This document shows, piece after piece, positions 48,722 to 51,810 of a stretch of 51,810 nt of DNA (position 1 is its first letter; each line of letters starts with the position of its first letter). The position numbers were made by a program, and so were the translations under genes. The notes below the pieces were generated by a model, which saw only the letters and a list, made by a program, of their open reading frames with translations, was not told the DNA's origin and searched no databases. The DNA comes from an uncultured Winogradskyella sp. (GTDB lineage: Bacteria > Bacteroidota > Bacteroidia > Flavobacteriales > Flavobacteriaceae): assembly GCF_905480385.1 (NCBI RefSeq), contig NZ_CAJQQC010000136.1; one strand, given 5' to 3'.

Positions 48722-49468
48722 TTAATTGAATTTACCTTCTACAATCTCTAGAAAACGTTCTTCATATTCTTCTTTACCTTCCCAATTATTATAATCTGGT
48801 TTTACTAATTGGTGGATAAAATCTTCTGCTTCTTGAAGTGTTGTTGAGGTGTTTATCTGAGAAATGACACGTTCATAATCTTCATTTTGTCCATCAAATA
48901 AATGTTTGATAAAAGCAATTTTATCATTAAGCCCAATCTGGAGGCCTCCAGATTTTAATTTATCATTCAATGACTTAACTTTATTTTCTGCTTCGCGCTT
49001 TTTGGCGTCTTCAATAGGTTCAAACTCTGGAATAATGGCAAAGTCTTGAGTAATAGTTTCAAACTCAATCGTTTTAGCTTGCTGCCCGTTAGAACTTGTC
49101 CTTGGAGCTTCTTCAACTGCCTCGTCTTCCTCAGGCATAAAGGCCACCATGTCTTTTATTTTATTCATCACAGGCTCCATAATACCATCATCTTCACGCT
49201 CATCCATATTAACATAGACCTTGTTTTCAACTTCTATATTGTCGCTGATTTTATTATTGAAAGCTGTATCTAACATCTCAAAAAACGAAGAATCGTTACC
49301 AATTGTTGGTAAATTATCTTCAAAATTTTCTTGTGCAAATTTTAAAACCGTAAGCTTCTCGTACAACAACGCAACCTCTTCATGCATGCGTTTGATGTCT
49401 TCTTTTCCTGTTAGTTTTAGAATCCTGTGCGCAATGCTAATTAATTCTGATTCTAATTTCTTTTTCAT
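48722..49468 (-). CDS. Conserved hypothetical protein
   Basis: Long acidic ORF divergent from tdk; C-terminal SLNDKL..IGLNDKIAFIKHLF domain. Confidence 0.8.
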   Translation of the reverse strand: MKKKLESELISIAHRILKLTGKEDIKRMHEEVALLYEKLTVLKFAQENFEDNLPTIGNDSSFFEMLDTAFNNKISDNIEVENKVYVNMDEREDDGIMEPVMNKIKDMVAFMPEEDEAVEEAPRTSSNGQQAKTIEFETITQDFAIIPEFEPIEDAKKREAENKVKSLNDKLKSGGLQIGLNDKIAFIKHLFDGQNEDYERVISQINTSTTLQEAEDFIHQLVKPDYNNWEGKEEYEERFLEIVEGKFN

Positions 49469-49551
49469 GAATTTTACTTTTGATTTTTAATAAATTTACG
49501 TCACCTTTATACAAACGAAAATCGGACACGATTTAGTGCTAAAATTACGAA

Positions 49552-50199
49552 ATGTTTCTCGAAAATACGGTAAATCAGAAAGAACAATTTGGATGGATTG
49601 AAGTCATCTGCGGTTCTATGTTTTCTGGTAAAACAGAAGAATTAATCCGCCGATTGAAGCGCGCTCAGTTTGCTAGACAAAAGGTCGAAATCTTTAAGCC
49701 AGCTGTTGATGTGCGCTATGATAATGAAAAAGTAATTTCGCACGATGCAAATGAAATTCGATCAACTCCTGTTCCTGCAGCAGCAAACATTCCAATCCTT
49801 GCAGATGGGTGTGATGTAGTTGGTATTGATGAGGCCCAGTTTTTTGATGACGAAATCGTGAGTATTTGTAATGATTTAGCCAATAAAGGTATTCGTGTTA
49901 TCGTTGCAGGTCTTGATATGGATTTTAAAGGCAATCCTTTTGGGCCTATGCCTAACCTTATGGCAACCGCAGAGTATGTTACAAAAGTACATGCTGTTTG
50001 TACAAAAACAGGGAACTTAGCACAATATAGTTTTAGAAAAGCAAAAAGTGATGACCTTGTTTTATTGGGCGAAGTTGACGAATACGAACCACTTAGTCGT
50101 GCTGCATATTACAAATCTATGCTTCGTGAAAAAGTTCGCCAAATAAAGGTGAAAGATGCTGAAGAGTTGACTTCTAAAGAAAATAATTCTGATGCCTAA
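49552..50199 (+). CDS. tdk: Thymidine kinase
   Basis: [30 protein letters not shown]. Confidence 0.97.
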   Translation: MFLENTVNQKEQFGWIEVICGSMFSGKTEELIRRLKRAQFARQKVEIFKPAVDVRYDNEKVISHDANEIRSTPVPAAANIPILADGCDVVGIDEAQFFDDEIVSICNDLANKGIRVIVAGLDMDFKGNPFGPMPNLMATAEYVTKVHAVCTKTGNLAQYSFRKAKSDDLVLLGEVDEYEPLSRAAYYKSMLREKVRQIKVKDAEELTSKENNSDA

Positions 50200-51298
50200 A
50201 GCTCAAGAAACTATCTTAGAACTTCAGTTTGATGCGTTAACGCATAACTATAACTATATAAAATCTAAACTTAATCCAAAAACTAAATTTCTAGCTGTAG
50301 TAAAAGCTTTTGCATACGGAAGCGACTCCATTGAAGTGGCAAAACATCTAGAGATTCTTAATGTAGACTATTTTGCTGTGGCATATACAAAAGAAGGTGC
50401 TGCACTTCGTGATGCGGGTATAACAACTCCTATTTTGGTATTGCACCCGCAAGCTGTTAATTTTAAAGAAATTATCGAACATTGCCTAGAGCCGAGTATT
50501 TACAGTTCTAATATTTTAAAAGAATTTATAAGAGTTGCTGAACAACAACAACAATCAAACTATCCGGTTCATATAAAATTTAATACAGGTTTAAATCGTT
50601 TAGGCTTTGGGAGAACTGATATCGATTATATTATTTCCCACTTAAAAAAAACTAAAGCAATTGTAGCAAAATCTTTGTTCTCACATCTAGCATCAAGTGA
50701 AGATGACAATGAAAAGGATTTTTCCATACGACAAATAGAAGATTTTAAAACTATTGCTTTTGATTTCAAATCTAAAATGAATTATAAGCCTTGGTTACAT
50801 TTATGTAATACATCTGGAATACTAAATTACACTGAGGGACATTTAGATATGGTGCGTTGTGGTATAGGGCTTTATGGATTTGGAAACTCAGCTAAAGAAG
50901 ATGCCAATCTAAAACCTATAGCAACACTAAAATCCATCATCTCTCAAATACACCAAATAGAAAAGGGAGAAACAGTAGGTTACAATAGGTCTCACATAGC
51001 CTCTAGTTTTGAAAAAATAGCAACTATACCTATTGGTCATGCTGATGGTATCTCTAGACAATTTGGAAATGGAAAAGGTTATGTATTTGTAAATAACCAA
51101 AAAGCCGCAATAATCGGCAATGTTTGTATGGATATGATTATGGTAAATATTACTGACGTTGATTGTGAAGAAGGTGATGAAGTCATTATTTTCGATGGAA
51201 TTCATAAAGCTTCAACTTTTGCAGAATTTGGGAGTACGATTTCCTATGAAGTACTAACTGCTATCTCACAACGCGTTAAAAGGCTTTATGCCAAATAG
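50192..51298 (+). CDS. alr: Alanine racemase
   Basis: [36 protein letters not shown]. Confidence 0.95.
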   Translation: MPKAQETILELQFDALTHNYNYIKSKLNPKTKFLAVVKAFAYGSDSIEVAKHLEILNVDYFAVAYTKEGAALRDAGITTPILVLHPQAVNFKEIIEHCLEPSIYSSNILKEFIRVAEQQQQSNYPVHIKFNTGLNRLGFGRTDIDYIISHLKKTKAIVAKSLFSHLASSEDDNEKDFSIRQIEDFKTIAFDFKSKMNYKPWLHLCNTSGILNYTEGHLDMVRCGIGLYGFGNSAKEDANLKPIATLKSIISQIHQIEKGETVGYNRSHIASSFEKIATIPIGHADGISRQFGNGKGYVFVNNQKAAIIGNVCMDMIMVNITDVDCEEGDEVIIFDGIHKASTFAEFGSTISYEVLTAISQRVKRLYAK

Positions 51299-51365
51299 CT
51301 ATTTTCCTTTTATATGTGACTTTTTATGTAAATTGGTGTCAAATTACTAACTAAAATATTTAATC

Positions 51366-51770
51366 ATGTTAAAAGAATTTAAGAATTTTATAATGACGGG
51401 GAACGTCATTGATTTTGCAGTAGCCGTCATAATGGCTGGTGCTTTAGGTGCTGTTATTAACGGTTTTGTTTCCAACATTGCTATGCCTTTTATTGGATAT
51501 TTCGCTGGCGGAATGAATTTTGAAGACCTCCATTATGCGATGGATGGTCAAGAGTATGCTTCACTTGCCGCAGCTAAAGAAGCAGGAGCTGCAGTAATAG
51601 CTTATGGTTCATGGATTAATACTATAATTAACTTATTAATTGTTGGTTTAGTTATGTTTATGATAGTTAAAGCCTACAACAAAACTAAAAAACCAGCTGA
51701 AGCCCCAGCCCCAACAGGACCATCTGAAATCGATTTATTGACAGAAATTAGAGATTCCTTAAAAAAATAA
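51366..51770 (+). CDS. mscL: Large-conductance mechanosensitive channel
   Basis: EFKNFIM.GNVIDFAVAVI, YG, LLTEIRD.LKK. Confidence 0.96.
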   Translation: MLKEFKNFIMTGNVIDFAVAVIMAGALGAVINGFVSNIAMPFIGYFAGGMNFEDLHYAMDGQEYASLAAAKEAGAAVIAYGSWINTIINLLIVGLVMFMIVKAYNKTKKPAEAPAPTGPSEIDLLTEIRDSLKK

Positions 51771-51810
51771 TTTAGCTACCGCTACATTTCATGTTTTTAA
51801 TAAAACCGCT

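Noticed and set aside
250-51205. Numerous short antisense or out-of-frame ORFs in the track (e.g. 250-576, 10419-10787, 18963-19313, 34811-35191, 44423-45055)
   Set aside because: They overlap well-supported genes and carry no recognisable motifs; treated as shadow ORFs

Overview
AT-rich chromosomal segment of a Flavobacteriaceae-type (Bacteroidota) bacterium. The assignment is inferred from TAnnTTTG -7 promoters, T9SS genes, DUF3078/IPExxxVDY proteins and HMG-CoA synthase. It is mostly core housekeeping: the end of the suf operon (sufD, sufS, sufE, sufT-like), mvaS, hflX, a T9SS type-B cargo/PorP/OmpA triplet, dinB, pyk, rnc-fabF-acpP, purN, rnhA, purF, sodA, AddA/AddB-like helicase-nuclease genes, kbl, ompA, queD-lpxH, recJ, rsmI, tdk, alr and mscL. 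I see no rRNA, CRISPR array, integrase, transposase or prophage. The most interesting signals lie outside the ORF track. (1) Two paralogous ~70-nt non-coding units sit 199 bp apart between purF and sodA, each with a promoter-like box, an identical 16-nt core and its own terminator; this is a candidate tandem sRNA family. (2) A 74-nt decayed tRNA-Ala keeps exact cloverleaf spacing at 39235-39308 (-). (3) Three unannotated small membrane proteins are present. (4) Two genes are disrupted. (5) There are candidate operators and probable leaderless DNA-repair genes. All family calls come from motif recognition, not database searches.
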